NCBI RefSeq assembly: GCF_006345805.1
Contig: NC_043002.1
Coordinates: 50,406,001-50,470,000, forward strand
Origin: Octopus sinensis
Taxonomy: Eukaryota
DNA: 64,000 bases
Direction: 5' to 3'
The position numbers and the translations under genes were made by a program. Below are positions 1 to 12,110 of the stretch, piece by piece. Each line of letters opens with the position of its first letter. Position 1 is the first letter of the stretch. The notes under the pieces were generated by a model. That model saw only the letters and a list, made by a program, of their open reading frames with translations, was not told where the DNA came from and did no database searches.

Positions 1-57
1 TATATATATATATATATATATATACATACATACATATGCATGTGTGTGTGTGTGTGC

Positions 58-109
<52 letters not shown>

Positions 110-291
110 GGATGAATGTTTACCGTCAACATGGAAAATTTAATAAACAGTTACCAGGGTAGCAAAATTTACGCAAGTAACAAGGATGTAGCGACCTATT
201 CAAAAGTAGAAACTCCGGGTTAATGTGCAGTTATTTGTGTAGTATAAGTAAATAAATGGAGTTGAACGCAGATGCTATTCAAATTCTTTTA

Positions 292-374
292 CTTTCGACA
301 TATGTTTCGAAGACAACATTGGTTTTATTCCAAAGGAATAAACGGTGTAAAATGCAATCTTCTCACCAGGAAAG
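292..374 (-). ncRNA. Type I hammerhead ribozyme motif (core variant A6G) in the 3' region of a Penelope-like element
   Basis: Minus strand reads ctttc-CTGGTGA-gaaga[44 nt]tcttc-GAAAC-atat-GTC-gaaag: 5-bp stem I, 5-bp stem II closed by G-C, 2-bp stem III with palindromic ATAT loop, GUC triplet. One core mismatch (CUGGUGA vs CUGANGA). Confidence 0.75.
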
Positions 375-629
375 AAAGAGAGTCTATCTCAGCAACAAGA
401 CATTATAACAATTTTAATGACTGCATAAATGATAAACAGAAGGTTATTAAGTATTTAAAAAAAAACCGCTAGTAGATTCGACATCAAAGGCAGATACTAG
501 AAAGAGAAGGGGTAAAGTAATAATAAGTAGAGAACAAATAAAGAGGGATATATTGGTTGAAAAATTTTCAAGGGCTTGGAAGTAGAATTCTCTATTGAAG
601 TAAAGTGCAAGTTAAACTAACTGTTCAAA

Positions 630-1013
630 CTATAAATACTTGTAAAATCTCTTATATGAGCTAAAGGTATGTTTCTGCCAGTACTTACATTTGTAAGATC
701 GCTCTATAAGTGTGTTAACAAGGTGATTCTTAGAGAAGAGAATATGGAAGAGTTCAGAGTTGCAAATGTTACAAAATCCTTTGCCCTTATCATAAGGTAA
801 AGATATGGACAGGATGAACTAATCTAACTTAAAATCCTTATTGTTGTCTTTAAGATACCAAACCAATTTACTTAGCCCTGTGCTATGACATTTACTGCAA
901 TCCCTAAATGAAGAATAATGATTGGAAATTCTCTTAGATAACTGGGAAGAGGATGCGCCAATGTAGAAGTAAACATCGGTACTGCAAGAAATTTTACATT
1001 GGTATATAAAATT
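630..1013 (-). pseudogene. Penelope-like element GIY-YIG endonuclease domain remnant
   Basis: Manual translation NFIYQCKISCSTDVYFYIGASSSQLSKRISNHYSSF...LSKLVWYLKDNNKDFKLD*FIL...FCNICNSE...: xIY/YIG motifs, R..NH, LSKxxWxLK and CxxC typical of PLE endonucleases; one in-frame stop. Confidence 0.85.
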
Positions 1014-1139
1014 CTTGATCTTAGGTTTTGTATCTTAAAGACAACAATGAGAATTTTAAGTTTGATTGGTTAATCCTGTTGAAAGTTGACAGAGCTGATG
1101 TTCATTATGTTTCCTGCAGTGATATATCATTTTTATCAG

Positions 1140-1365
1140 ATGCCTCAGATGAAAATTTCTCCAAATGTTCTTTGAACACATCCACATTAACACGTCGTAG
1201 ATCTCTGAGGTTGATTGGGATAGTGTTGAAAATTTGTGGGCCTTTGAAAGCTAAGCTGTTACAGTATTGGCTCCTTACTCTAGACGGAGAGGGCGGGAGC
1301 TTTAGTACTATGCATTGGTGCTCATCTCAGAGTTTACTATAGATTTCAATCTCAAAGTTGGGTAC
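1140..1365 (-). mobile_element. CR1/L2-like LINE ORF2 C-terminal fragment
   Basis: Translation VPNFEIEIY...CIVLKLP..SRVRSQYCNSLAFKGPQIFNTIPINLRDL..VNVDVFKEHLEKF resembles the C-terminus of CR1-group ORF2 (GPQLFN.LP..LR motif). Confidence 0.65.
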
Positions 1366-2280
1366 TCAATATAAAGTACCATTCATTTTTCTTCGAAGAT
1401 TTATTCAAGTAAAATATACAACACATTATTTGTAGAGGTAAAATGATGTTCATATAACATATATATGGCCATATTAGCATCCAGGAATAAAACATCTGTT
1501 GGCGATCGGAGATTAAACTGCTCGATATTTAGATAAACGATATCTATAAGCTTTATTTGCAAGCTCCAGCTGTTTGTCCTGAAATGCCCCTTAAAGAGAA
1601 TTAACTGTTATGATATGTTTCCTAGGTCGGAATTTCGTGGACACTAACATATATTTTGCTGAAGATATAGCGTTTGTACACTGTTTGACACAGCAAAAGC
1701 AGCTGTATGACAGCAATTTGTGCAAAGAAATATAATATGTTAAACGTCTTTTAATACAATCCATACATGTGAGTAAAGAAGAGCTATGATGGAGAGGAAG
1801 TAACCTGTAGCAGTGAAAAAGCACATCAGTCAAAACGTTGGAATGAACGAAGTACGAAGTAAGAATTATGCAGAGAGCTTGTAGAAATCAAGCTTTTCTG
1901 ATTGATATTTGAAACCGGTATCATTCTGAAAGAAAATTATTATCTTTTCATTTAAACCAAGTCCACAGTGCAGATTTGAATGAAAACGGCAATACTACAA
2001 TGCAAACAACGACGCATTTCACAATCGGCAATTAAATTATAAAACAACAGGCTTTGTTGTTTCTGAAGGCCAGATATATTTAGATAATGTTGTATTAATG
2101 ACTTCTCTCAAGTGTCATAAATGTATATGTTGAGATGTTCTTGTTTTAAAAGAATTGTGGGTTAGGCTAATAAAATACGTGGGCACATCCGCATTGCCGA
2201 GGTGAACGTAAGCACTCAAAGTATATAGAGACAGACAAATAAAAAAAATAGACCGTTAAATTAAGATAGAGAGATAAATC

Positions 2281-2353
2281 AATAGCTAGCTAGATAGATA
2301 GAGAAATAAATCAATAGCTAGCTAGATAGATAGATGGGTAGATAGATAGATGA

Positions 2354-2395
<42 letters not shown>

Positions 2396-2397
2396 GA

Positions 2398-2471
<74 letters not shown>

Positions 2472-2480
2472 GATAGATAG
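2281..2480. repeat. (GATA)n microsatellite
   Basis: Directly visible tandem tetranucleotide. Confidence 0.95.
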
Positions 2481-3164
2481 ACAACAGGGTACAGAGATAA
2501 TAGGGGAGAGACAAAAAAATATATCTGAGATAGTTATCAGAGTTTACAGATTATATAGATAAATGCAAAAAATGTTGGTCTTGTTATTGGTGTTGGAAAG
2601 TTGTCAGTGTTAGTGTTGTTTGTGATGGTGTTAATTGCTGTGGTGATGTTGATGGTGGTGTTGTTGGTGTTTGTGCTTGTGTTGTTGATACTGATGCTGC
2701 TTGCATTGGCGGTGATGTTTCTTTGGACAGTGAGGCGACACATCTCGATGTCCCTAAAGCAATTACCGGCAAAACTGCAACAAAGTGTGCAACAAAAACA
2801 ACGCAAAAATAAGAATGATAAATAAAACAAAGGAACAGAAAACAATATGTTTCGAAATAAGTAAGAGTAAGCTACCGGCAAGATTCTATCATCAATTTTT
2901 GCCATTCTGAGAATGGGGACGGAAAAAAAAAAGAGCAAAAAGAAAGGAAAAGAGGGAGATATATAGATAGATAGATAGACAGAGAAAGATAGATAGAAAA
3001 AAAGAGAGTAACCAAGGAGGGGATGAAGGAGCGGGGAAGACCGAGCAAGAGTAGAAGAGAATGTTGATCGTGATGGAAATGTGAAGAAAATTAAAGTAGG
3101 CTTGGTTATCAGTAATTGTTACGGAGCAAAGGGTCAACAGTCTTGAGTTGTAAGGTTAACACAC

Positions 3165-3170
3165 ACACAG

Positions 3171-3214
<44 letters not shown>

Positions 3215-3346
3215 ACTCACACATACACTACACAATCACACACTTAAGCACACACACACGCACACATACATGTATACATATATCTATATATTTCTATATA
3301 CATATACATATATATATATGTACATACTCATTACGCATATATATGC

Positions 3347-3394
<48 letters not shown>

Positions 3395-3457
3395 GTGTAA
3401 TTATATTTACATGTATATATATGCATATATATATGTGTGTATGTATATATATATACG

Positions 3458-3516
<59 letters not shown>

Positions 3517-3639
3517 ATCTATCTCTCTATATGTCTATATATGTATATATATATATTTATGCATGTATATATATGTATATTTATCTATCTATATATGTAT
3601 ATATGTATGTATATGTATATATATATATATATATGCATG

Positions 3640-3712
<73 letters not shown>

Positions 3713-3760
3713 ATATATATACATATATACATATACATACATATATATATAATATATAGA
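3165..3760. repeat. Compound (CA)n/(TA)n microsatellite
   Basis: Directly visible; source of the YIYI/HTHT ORFs. Confidence 0.95.
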
Positions 3761-4203
3761 TAGATAAATGTATATACACATATACATGTATACATAATGA
3801 AATACATACAGTCTTTTGTGTGATGAAGAAGAAAAAAAGTAGTTGCTGGTGATATGTTTTATTTCGTTCAATCGACACATATGTCCCTAAACAGAGACCT
3901 GAGCGAAAGAAAAAATAAATTATAAATGCAATATATATATAAAAGGAAAAAGACAATTACAATATCAATGGCATGCCCTCACACACGCGTACATAACTGC
4001 ACATGCGCGCGCACACACACACACAGACGCAAACTCACACGGATTTACATACAAACATGCAAGTACATACATGCACATACATACGTGCACCTACATATAT
4101 GCATACATACATACATACATGCATACATACATACATATATACCTACATATACGCAGATGTATTCTAGCTTACCTCTAGACATCTCAACTGGCAAATATAA
4201 TAA

Positions 4204-4251
<48 letters not shown>

Positions 4252-4561
4252 CGCACGCACGTACGCTCGCACGGAAGCGTGCGCACACATACTTGTGTGT
4301 GCTCACGGTGATATACAAATATAGTAAAAGCCGCTTATTGTCATCACCTGACGACGAAGACTTTCAAATTGCCTAAATAACTATACTCGGCTGATAATAT
4401 TAAACGGAGTTTAGATTATACTTTGAGCGTTTGAAGTCCCCTTATTTTGATAACAATAAATCTTTGACGACATTATCCCTGATCATAATACGCGGCTTTC
4501 ATTATATATATTGCCATACATAGTGTCTAAAATTGCAAGTTCAGAAGCCTACGTGAATACT

Positions 4562-4597
<36 letters not shown>

Positions 4598-4644
4598 TAG
4601 ATATATATACACATACATGCATACATACATACATACACACACAT

Positions 4645-4707
<63 letters not shown>

Positions 4708-4857
4708 TATACATGTATATATGTATATTAATGCTCATAATAAGAACAATTTTGCACCAATCTGGTGGGTTACTCTATACTTTTGTAGAATACAAATTTA
4801 TTATTTTATAAATATGCTTTGCCAGATTCCTGATGTGAAATCATGTGTTGAAACATA

Positions 4858-5152
4858 TTTTGTTATATTTCAGGACGGTCATTTCTATCTTGCCAAATAA
4901 ACACACGCACTATATATTCGTTCTTCGCTCGTTTGGCACGTAGCATAGGGGAACGAATAGACGAACACTGGCGGGAGTTCAAAGAGAAGAAAGGCTCGTC
5001 AGTGTTCTACCAACGTGCTCAAGTAGAATATACTCAACAGACAATGGATATAAGATAAAATAAGAACAATAGTAAACGAGTGAAGAATCAGTATGTATTG
5101 CGTATGTTTATTTGGCCATAAGAAAATATGACCATCACGAAATATAACAATA
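4858..5152. mobile_element. Degenerate inverted-repeat-bounded element, same family as 44077-44315
   Basis: tgttatatttcaggacggtcat at 4861 and atgaccatcacgaaatataaca at ~5128; both copies are preceded by tgtgaa.tc.tgtgttgaaaca. Confidence 0.55.
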
Positions 5153-5723
5153 AATTCATTATTCTTAAATAAGAATGTTATTGACGGTGACGTCGAAGTT
5201 TCGGGTAGTTAAGCCATCAACGGACTGCGATGCATTGAAGTTAATTTTGGCTTTATGTAGTCTCTGTTGAGTTAAATCTCCCTTGAGTGCGTGGGTTTGA
5301 GTGGAGTGCGTGGGTTTGAGTGGAGTGGTAATTATGTTTTAGAATGGGCTGTTATAGATGGGTGTTTGGAAGAAATTTTTATTGATTAAATCTGGAATTA
5401 TCTTTTACTTGTTTTAGTTATTAGACTGCAGCCATGCTGGAGCACCGCCTTGAAGTATTCTTTTTCAGTCGAATAAAATCAATAAGTACTGGGATCGATC
5501 TGTTCGTCCAAACACTTCAAGACAGGGCTCCAGCATGGCCATGGTCCAATGACTGAAACAGTTAAAAAAAAGGTACAAAAATATTCACACAAATTAGAAA
5601 TTTCCTACAATGTGGCTAGATTTGCTAGACAGAATAACCAAATCTACCTGTCACTCGTTATGTACAATGCTTTCAGAGATCAGCGATCATTGATCACAAA
5701 ATCCATTCGTTCCACTCTTAACC

Positions 5724-5990
5724 TAGCACTTTTTGAGCCGGTCTTTCTGAATTCAGCTTGTAAGTCCACAGACTACCTTCTCTCTGCCTTTAGCACTTTC
5801 TTGAGCCGGTCTTTGTGAATTCAGCTTGTAAGTCCACAGACTATCTTCTTTCACTCCTTAGCACTTTCTTGAGCCGGTCTTTCTGAATTCAGTTTGTAAG
5901 TCCACAGGCTATCTTCTCTCTGTCTTGAGTACTTTCTTGAGCTGGTCTTTCTGACGTCGCCGTTGTAAATCTATAGATTATCTCTCTGTC
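5724..5990. repeat. ~68-bp minisatellite, about 4 copies
   Basis: Unit tagcactttcttgagccggtctttctgaattcagcttgtaagtccacagactatcttctctctgcctt starts at 5724, 5791, 5859 and 5927. Confidence 0.9.
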
Positions 5991-6194
5991 TTTCCTGACT
6001 CCTTCCTTTCGGTTTCCTGTTTGTCGCTAAATTCTCAGTGCATTTTCTTCTGACACGCTGTTCAAATAAGTGTTCTTATGTTGTTGAGAAGCTTTTTGGT
6101 TGTCATTCCTTGTGAATCAAGAGCTGTTCCTTGAAATAAATGTGAGGGATGACGTGACACTGTGGAACCAAATACTCTGCTTTTTTTTTTACCC

Positions 6195-6598
6195 CGAACT
6201 TTGTTTCAGTCGTTAGACTGTGGCCATGCTGGGGCACTGCTTGGCACAATTTTAGCCAAACGGATTGACCCCAGTATTTATTTTTTTTTAAAGCTTAGTA
6301 CTTATTCTATCGATCTGTTTTGCAGAACTGTAAAGTTACGAAACATAATTACACCAACACCGGTTATCAAGCGGTGGTGGGGGACAAACACCGACACAAA
6401 GACACACGTTCACGCGCACATACACATGCGCATACACAGATAGATATATGGAAGACTTCTTTCAATTTTCGTCAAATCAAGTAACAAGGTTTTGGTCAGT
6501 CCGCGGCTATAGTAGAAGATACTTACCCAAGGAGCCACGCAGTAGGACTGAACTCGGAACCACGTGGCTGAGAAGCAAACTTTTTACTACATAGCCTC
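6195..6598 (-). mobile_element. tRNA-derived SINE, family A (resembles the octopus OK-type SINE)
   Basis: Shares head (ggctgtgtggtaag...ggttcagtcc, A/B-box-like), body and ccatgctggagcaccgcc tail with at least 8 other copies in the window. Confidence 0.8.
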
Positions 6599-6858
6599 CG
6601 GAAAATGATAGAAGTTGATCATGCTGGTCATGGAAGGAGCACCTTTGATCATAAGCTCTGATCGACAAGTGCAACATGAGCCAATCAGACAGAAATTCCA
6701 TGTGGTTGTTCGACTCGTTAGACAAAGCAGTCAAATAGTCTTTGTATCGCACATTCTTGTCTTAAAAAGGATGGACACATAGCGGTTAGTTATACTATGA
6801 ATGGAAAAACAGATATGGGATGATTAAAGATTTCTTCTCGTGCCATACCGACAAATAA

Positions 6859-7074
6859 GGGTCGCTTTTCCGGTTTCCATGGCTCATATATTCCACCAAT
6901 CCCTGGACTGGACGCTGGCCCGTCGCAGGATTACTCATTTTTGCCAGCTGAGTGGACTGGAACAACGTGAAATGAAGTGTTTTGTTCAAGAACACATGTC
7001 ACCCGGTCCAGGAATCGAAACTACAATCTAACGATCATGAGTTCAACACCCTAACCACAAAGCCACGCGCCTCC
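6859..7074 (-). mobile_element. tRNA-derived SINE, family B
   Basis: Reverse complement ggaggcgcgtggctttgtggttagggtg...gtttcgattcc (A and B boxes) plus the gtgttcttgagcaaaacacttcatttcacgttg body; homologous to 14016 and 57320. Confidence 0.8.
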
Positions 7075-7084
7075 CCGGGATGAC

Positions 7085-7925
7085 TACCGCTTTGGTCTGC
7101 GCGATCAAGGCTTAACAAAGGCTAAAGGCACAAGGCCTGAAATGTGTTGGTGGTGGGGAGAGGCTAGTCGATTGCATCAACCCCAGTGCTCAACTGCTGT
7201 TTATTGTATCGATCCCGAAAGAATGAAAGGTGAAGTTGAGCTCGGTGACATTTGAAATGAAAACATAAAGATCCCAAACAAATGTCACCAAGAGGACCAA
7301 AGAAGTAATGTCAGCAAGTATTAAAAGATTGAAAATAGTATAGCCGCATGCGTAGCTGTGTGCTAAGAAAGTTTGCTTCCCGACCACATGGTTCCGGGTT
7401 CAGTCCCACCCTGGGTAAGTGTCTTCTACTATAGGCTCGGGTCAAACAAGCCTTGTGAGTGGATCTGGTTAATGGAAGCTGAAAAAATCTCGGAGTATAT
7501 GTATGTATGTATCTATGTATGTATGTATGTATGTATGTATGTATGTATGTATGTATGTATGTATGTATGTGTATATGTATGTGTAAACCCAACCACAGTA
7601 ATAATGATTTCAAATTTTGGCACAGGGCAAACAATTGTAAGGGAGGGAAAAAGTCGATTACATCGACCCCAGTGTGCAGCTGGTACTTATTTCATCAATG
7701 CTGAAATGATGAAAGGCAAAGTCGACCTCTGAGTGATTTGAACGCAGAACATAATCCTCAATACAGCAATAATGATTTAAAATGTTGGCACAAAGTCGGC
7801 AATTGTTAGCGATGAGATAAGGTGATTACATCAACCCCAGTGTTCAACTGGTACTTATTTTATCGACCATGAGAGGATTAAAGGAAAACTCGACCTCAGC
7901 GGAATTTGAACTCAGAACGTCAACA
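7085..7925 (-). mobile_element. Cluster of family C SINE fragments (Deu/Nin-domain-like) with an interposed family A head
   Basis: Repeated cgaccccagtg..caactggtacttatt..atcgac....aaaggatgaaaggcaaagtcgacctc motif at ~7180, 7665 and 7835; family A head at 7347-7497. Confidence 0.7.
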
Positions 7926-8674
7926 GTAATAATGCCAGGCTATTTAATGAATACATTCAGTCTACACAAGATAAAAAAAAGAGCGCTAAAAATGAAGTAA
8001 ACGGCCAGCTTCCTCGTCACCACAAGCATCATCAATCAATACTTATATACATTTCTGTATAAAAACCAATTCAACAGAGATGACGACAATGAAGATTGTT
8101 TTTTTTTTTCAGATTCTCGAAACTGTCTTTAGAAAGCAGAAGATTTTTGATGGAAGTTAAAAGGAAATACATTTCATGAAAACGACAGTCTAAACTGAAG
8201 GATATTCTACAATTCACATTCTTGAGGGGAAATTAATAACCCTAAACCTTTGCAGATGAAGACAAGCACTTCATTGAAAAACTTCGTTATCGGAAAAAAG
8301 TACTTCAACGAGTCAGCATTAAATACAAGTGTGTTTCTAACCCCAGAAGCTGTGTACTAAAGGATGAAAAACAACCTCTCTATAAAATAGAGCCTCTTCT
8401 CAGGAAAATCTTAAATCTTGTTAATCTTAGACTCGAATGGAAAGAAGGATTCTAACTATAATGCATCAAGGCTGAATACAATGAAGCACGAATATCGTAC
8501 TTAAGTGAACAGTAAAACATACACTACCGACTATAAAACTTTTACTTAAATAGTGGGAAAGCAGCTAAATAGGAAGATAACAGGAAGATACGGGGAAGAA
8601 GCTTGGATAATGCTAAAAGATGCTTACGTTTTACAGAAGGGTCATTCACGTGTATATTTAAACGAACAATTACG

Positions 8675-9022
8675 TTTTACTTGTGTCAGTCATTAGACTG
8701 CGGCCATGCTGGGGCGCCGCTTTGAAGAGCCTTTATCATTTTGTTAAGCATGGTACTTATTCTATTGTACTCTTTTGTAGAACCGCTAGATTATAAGATG
8801 TAAACACACCAGCATCGGTCGTCAAGCGATGGCTGGGGACACGAAGACCCATCCTCCCACACATACATATACGACGGGCTTCTTTCAGTTTCCCTCTACC
8901 AAATCCACTCACAAGGCTTTGGTCGGTCCGAGGCTATAGTAGAAGACACTTGCCCAAGGTGCCACGCAGTGGTACCGAACCATGTGGTTGGCAAGAAAGC
9001 TTTTTACCACACAACCATACCT
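8675..9022 (-). mobile_element. SINE family A
   Basis: Homologous to 20828-21223. Confidence 0.8.
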
Positions 9023-10156
9023 GTGCCTGTTGCTGACCAAAATGATATCTCTAAGAAGCCGATTGTATGTAGAATGGTCAAACCTTTTAGCTAAGAATAA
9101 AAGAATGATTTGATTAAAACGAAAAAAAAACCCCTGTAAATCTATTGCTTGTATAAACACTATGTATCAGTTTTACAGAAGCTGTTTAAATAATCCCTCT
9201 TGGGCCATTGGAAATCCAGCAAAATAGTGAGTGATGAGTAGACTTGTAGAAAGAAGAGGGTGAGGGGAACGACTTCTAATTAATAGTACTGTGACAGTAG
9301 AGCATTCTCACAATTGCGAGAATAACATCTGTGAAGAATACCTGCTACCTTAGTCGCTGCCTTTTGAACAAAGACCGCGCGACTAACTGAAAGCGCAGCC
9401 ATTTTCTCTGATATTTCAAGACAGCCTTTATATGATCAATGCGATACGAAAGTTGTTATTTATTTTGGGATGTTGATGATTTTTAGCATTTAATTTCTTT
9501 CTCGCAACGCTATGTTGGGGTTCAAGTAATTGCTTTATTTCAGTTTTTCATTTTGAAAAATCCAGTCTGTGATCAGTCAAACAGTATCGATCACGTCAGA
9601 ATTAGTTTCGTAGCAATACTTTGGCCTTAGAATCGTCTATACAATTTTGTATTTAATGCTTTAGTGGAAGACTGCTAATCAAAATAAATTAAAACCCAGA
9701 ACAAAGCTCCTCAAGTAGCAATATATTTTGTGTCGTATTCACTTACTCTATATGTTCTTCTAACACGGGTACTAAAGTTCTCATGCACTAAAATTTGCTA
9801 TCGGAATTAATAAGTTGTAAGGCTGAGTATAGCGATTCATAAAAGAAAAAGAAATATTTTGCTTTATCATCCAAAAGGGTTGAAACATAAATACTGAAGA
9901 CAGTAAGAAACTAGTTATTCAGAAGAAAAAATTAAAAACGAATATGACGTTCGTGAACAGAAAGAGATAAGTATTTAAATTTCCCCCCTAAATTCTTTTT
10001 ATGAAACCAGGCTGTGTGGTAAGTAGCTTGCTTACCAACTACATGATTCCAGGTTCGATAAACGAACGAAAGCACTATTAAAGAATTATCCAAAATTCTG
10101 AATGTCACCTTTTTCTCAAAATGCAATACATGTACACCACTTCAAACACTCTGCAC

Positions 10157-10661
10157 CAAGGGTCATCAAACTATGGCCCGCACCGCTGCACTGTACATTT
10201 TGTGTAAGTACCTGCAATAAGAGTTCATTTGCCTCTGGTATGGCATCAGTGTTTGGAACAACTCATGTCTTTGAGCAAACATTTTCAAAAATGAGGTATG
10301 TGAAGTCAGCACATCGAACGAGGTTGACTGATGGACATTTGAAAGCAATTCTTTCGGTTGGATGCAGCAATATCAAAGCAAATATTGATGATATCTTAAA
10401 AGTTAAACGCTAGCTTCACGAATCTCACAAACCTTTTTTGCTCCTTAGTTTTTGAGTTTCGGATATGTGCATACTGGGTGTGATATAACTCTCTTATTGT
10501 TAACGTCACCTGCTTTGATAAATTTTTGGTAAATAGATATGCTGATTGTCTTTATTTTTTAGTATAATTACTGTATTGTATTGAACAAAATAGTAATACG
10601 GCCTGCGCTCTTCTTTCTCTCAGTTATCTGGCCCGTTGTGAAAAAGGTCTGGTGACCCCTG
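10157..10661 (+). mobile_element. Internally deleted hAT (Charlie/SPIN-like) DNA transposon
   Basis: Imperfect TIRs caagggtcatcaaac / ggtctggtgacccctg; flanks ctctgcac / ctctacat (degenerate 8-bp TSD); internal ASVFGTTHVFEQTFSKMRYVKSAHRTRLTDGHLKAIL matches the hAT C-terminal dimerisation motif. Confidence 0.85.
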
Positions 10662-10995
10662 CTCTACATACCAGCGCGCGCGCACACACACACATACACA
10701 CATAGACATATGCATACATACATACATTATATATAATGAATATGAGGGGTTTAGTTCACTGGTGATCTAAACGAATAGGTACGCTGTGTAAGTGCTATAA
10801 TTGGTCATACGTTAGGTTCCAAATATACAGCTGAGGCTGGAGCTAGGGGTCCGTAAGTAGGCTTCCGAGTTAGCAAGTATATTTTAAAGGAAAAAGGACA
10901 AAAAATGGCAGGATGAGTATCTCAAGTCATTTAGAAGTCATTTATAATATTTAATTAGAGTAAGGTGAATTTGAAGTAGCTAATTAATTAATTGG

Positions 10996-11063
10996 ATATC
11001 GTGCAGCTGTTTCTGGTGATAGGTTAGCATCTCCATACAGAGGGTATTCCATCATCAGAGACA
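10996..11063 (-). ncRNA. Degenerate type I hammerhead motif
   Basis: Minus strand tgtct-CTGATGA-tgg[32 nt]cca-GAAAC-agct-GCA-cgata: intact CUGAUGA and GAAAC, palindromic AGCT loop. U16.1 is C and the first stem I pair is lost. Confidence 0.5.
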
Positions 11064-11151
11064 AGGTATGTATGAAAGTACTAGACAGGGAATTTACAGC
11101 TCAAAAAGGAATAAAATAGCAGATAGAAGAACAAAGGGTAAAACAGCAAAT

Positions 11152-11340
<189 letters not shown>

Positions 11341-12110
11341 AAGAATACAGATATGTACATATAGAGTTCAAATTTACAGAAAACAAAAGATGAAACAGGC
11401 GAGGGAGCAACAAGCAGGTGTATTACTTTGACGCTCGAGAAGATTGGTAAAATCTTTAACGTTTCGAACCTACGCTCTTTGATACAAAGGGTTGGAGAAA
11501 AACACTGAGAGACAACGAAAAAAAAAAATAACGGAGAAAAAATGTGTGTGTGTATGTCTATATATATATATGTCTACGTACACATACACACACACGCACG
11601 TGCACACACACACACACACACGACTCTCTTAGAAAACCCAGGCTGTATTCCTCTTATGATTTTCGGTTTCTATTATCTTAATACGATATATTTATCTTTA
11701 TTGATTTGGTTCAAAAGGGATTCCATTGAGCAAATATTTCTTCTAATCTTCCTTGTATATTACAAACGAATCTATTTCATCGTTATTCTTGAAAACACAG
11801 TATACCAAACAAAATCGAATAAAAAAACATGAAGCATCTACGTACATACATACAAACATGTATATGTGTGCATGTATGTATACACAGATACAGACACACG
11901 CACACAAACACGCACGCACTCACACACACACACATATACACACACACGTATGCATACATGTCTGTAAACATATTTCAAGGTGCATATGTAAGCTTGTATA
12001 TAAATTCATATTCTATCTCTATAAATGTACACACACACACATACACACACGCAGGCCCCCCCCCCACACACATACACACATACATGTTTGTTGGTGTGTC
12101 TATGTATATA

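Noticed and set aside
5180-5225. ttgatgg...cgaaac...gtc (minus strand) as a hammerhead
   Set aside because: Two core mismatches and no stem I.
5724-5990. CRISPR-like array reading of the 68-bp or 184-bp periodic repeats
   Set aside because: Whole units are repeated with no unique spacers, the context is eukaryotic, and no cas-like ORFs are present.
8100-8200. Strong polypyrimidine-AG acceptor at 8111
   Set aside because: All three frames stop within about 25 codons and there is no convincing donor.
9890-9925. ctgaaga-cagtaa-gaaac-tagtt as a hammerhead
   Set aside because: No stem II closing pair and no stem I; compatible with chance in AT-rich DNA.
11455-11495. PLE-terminus-like motif gagcgtaggttcgaaacgtt (minus strand) as a hammerhead
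   Set aside because: No recognisable CUGANGA in this copy (tcaaaga); cannot be supported from the sequence alone.
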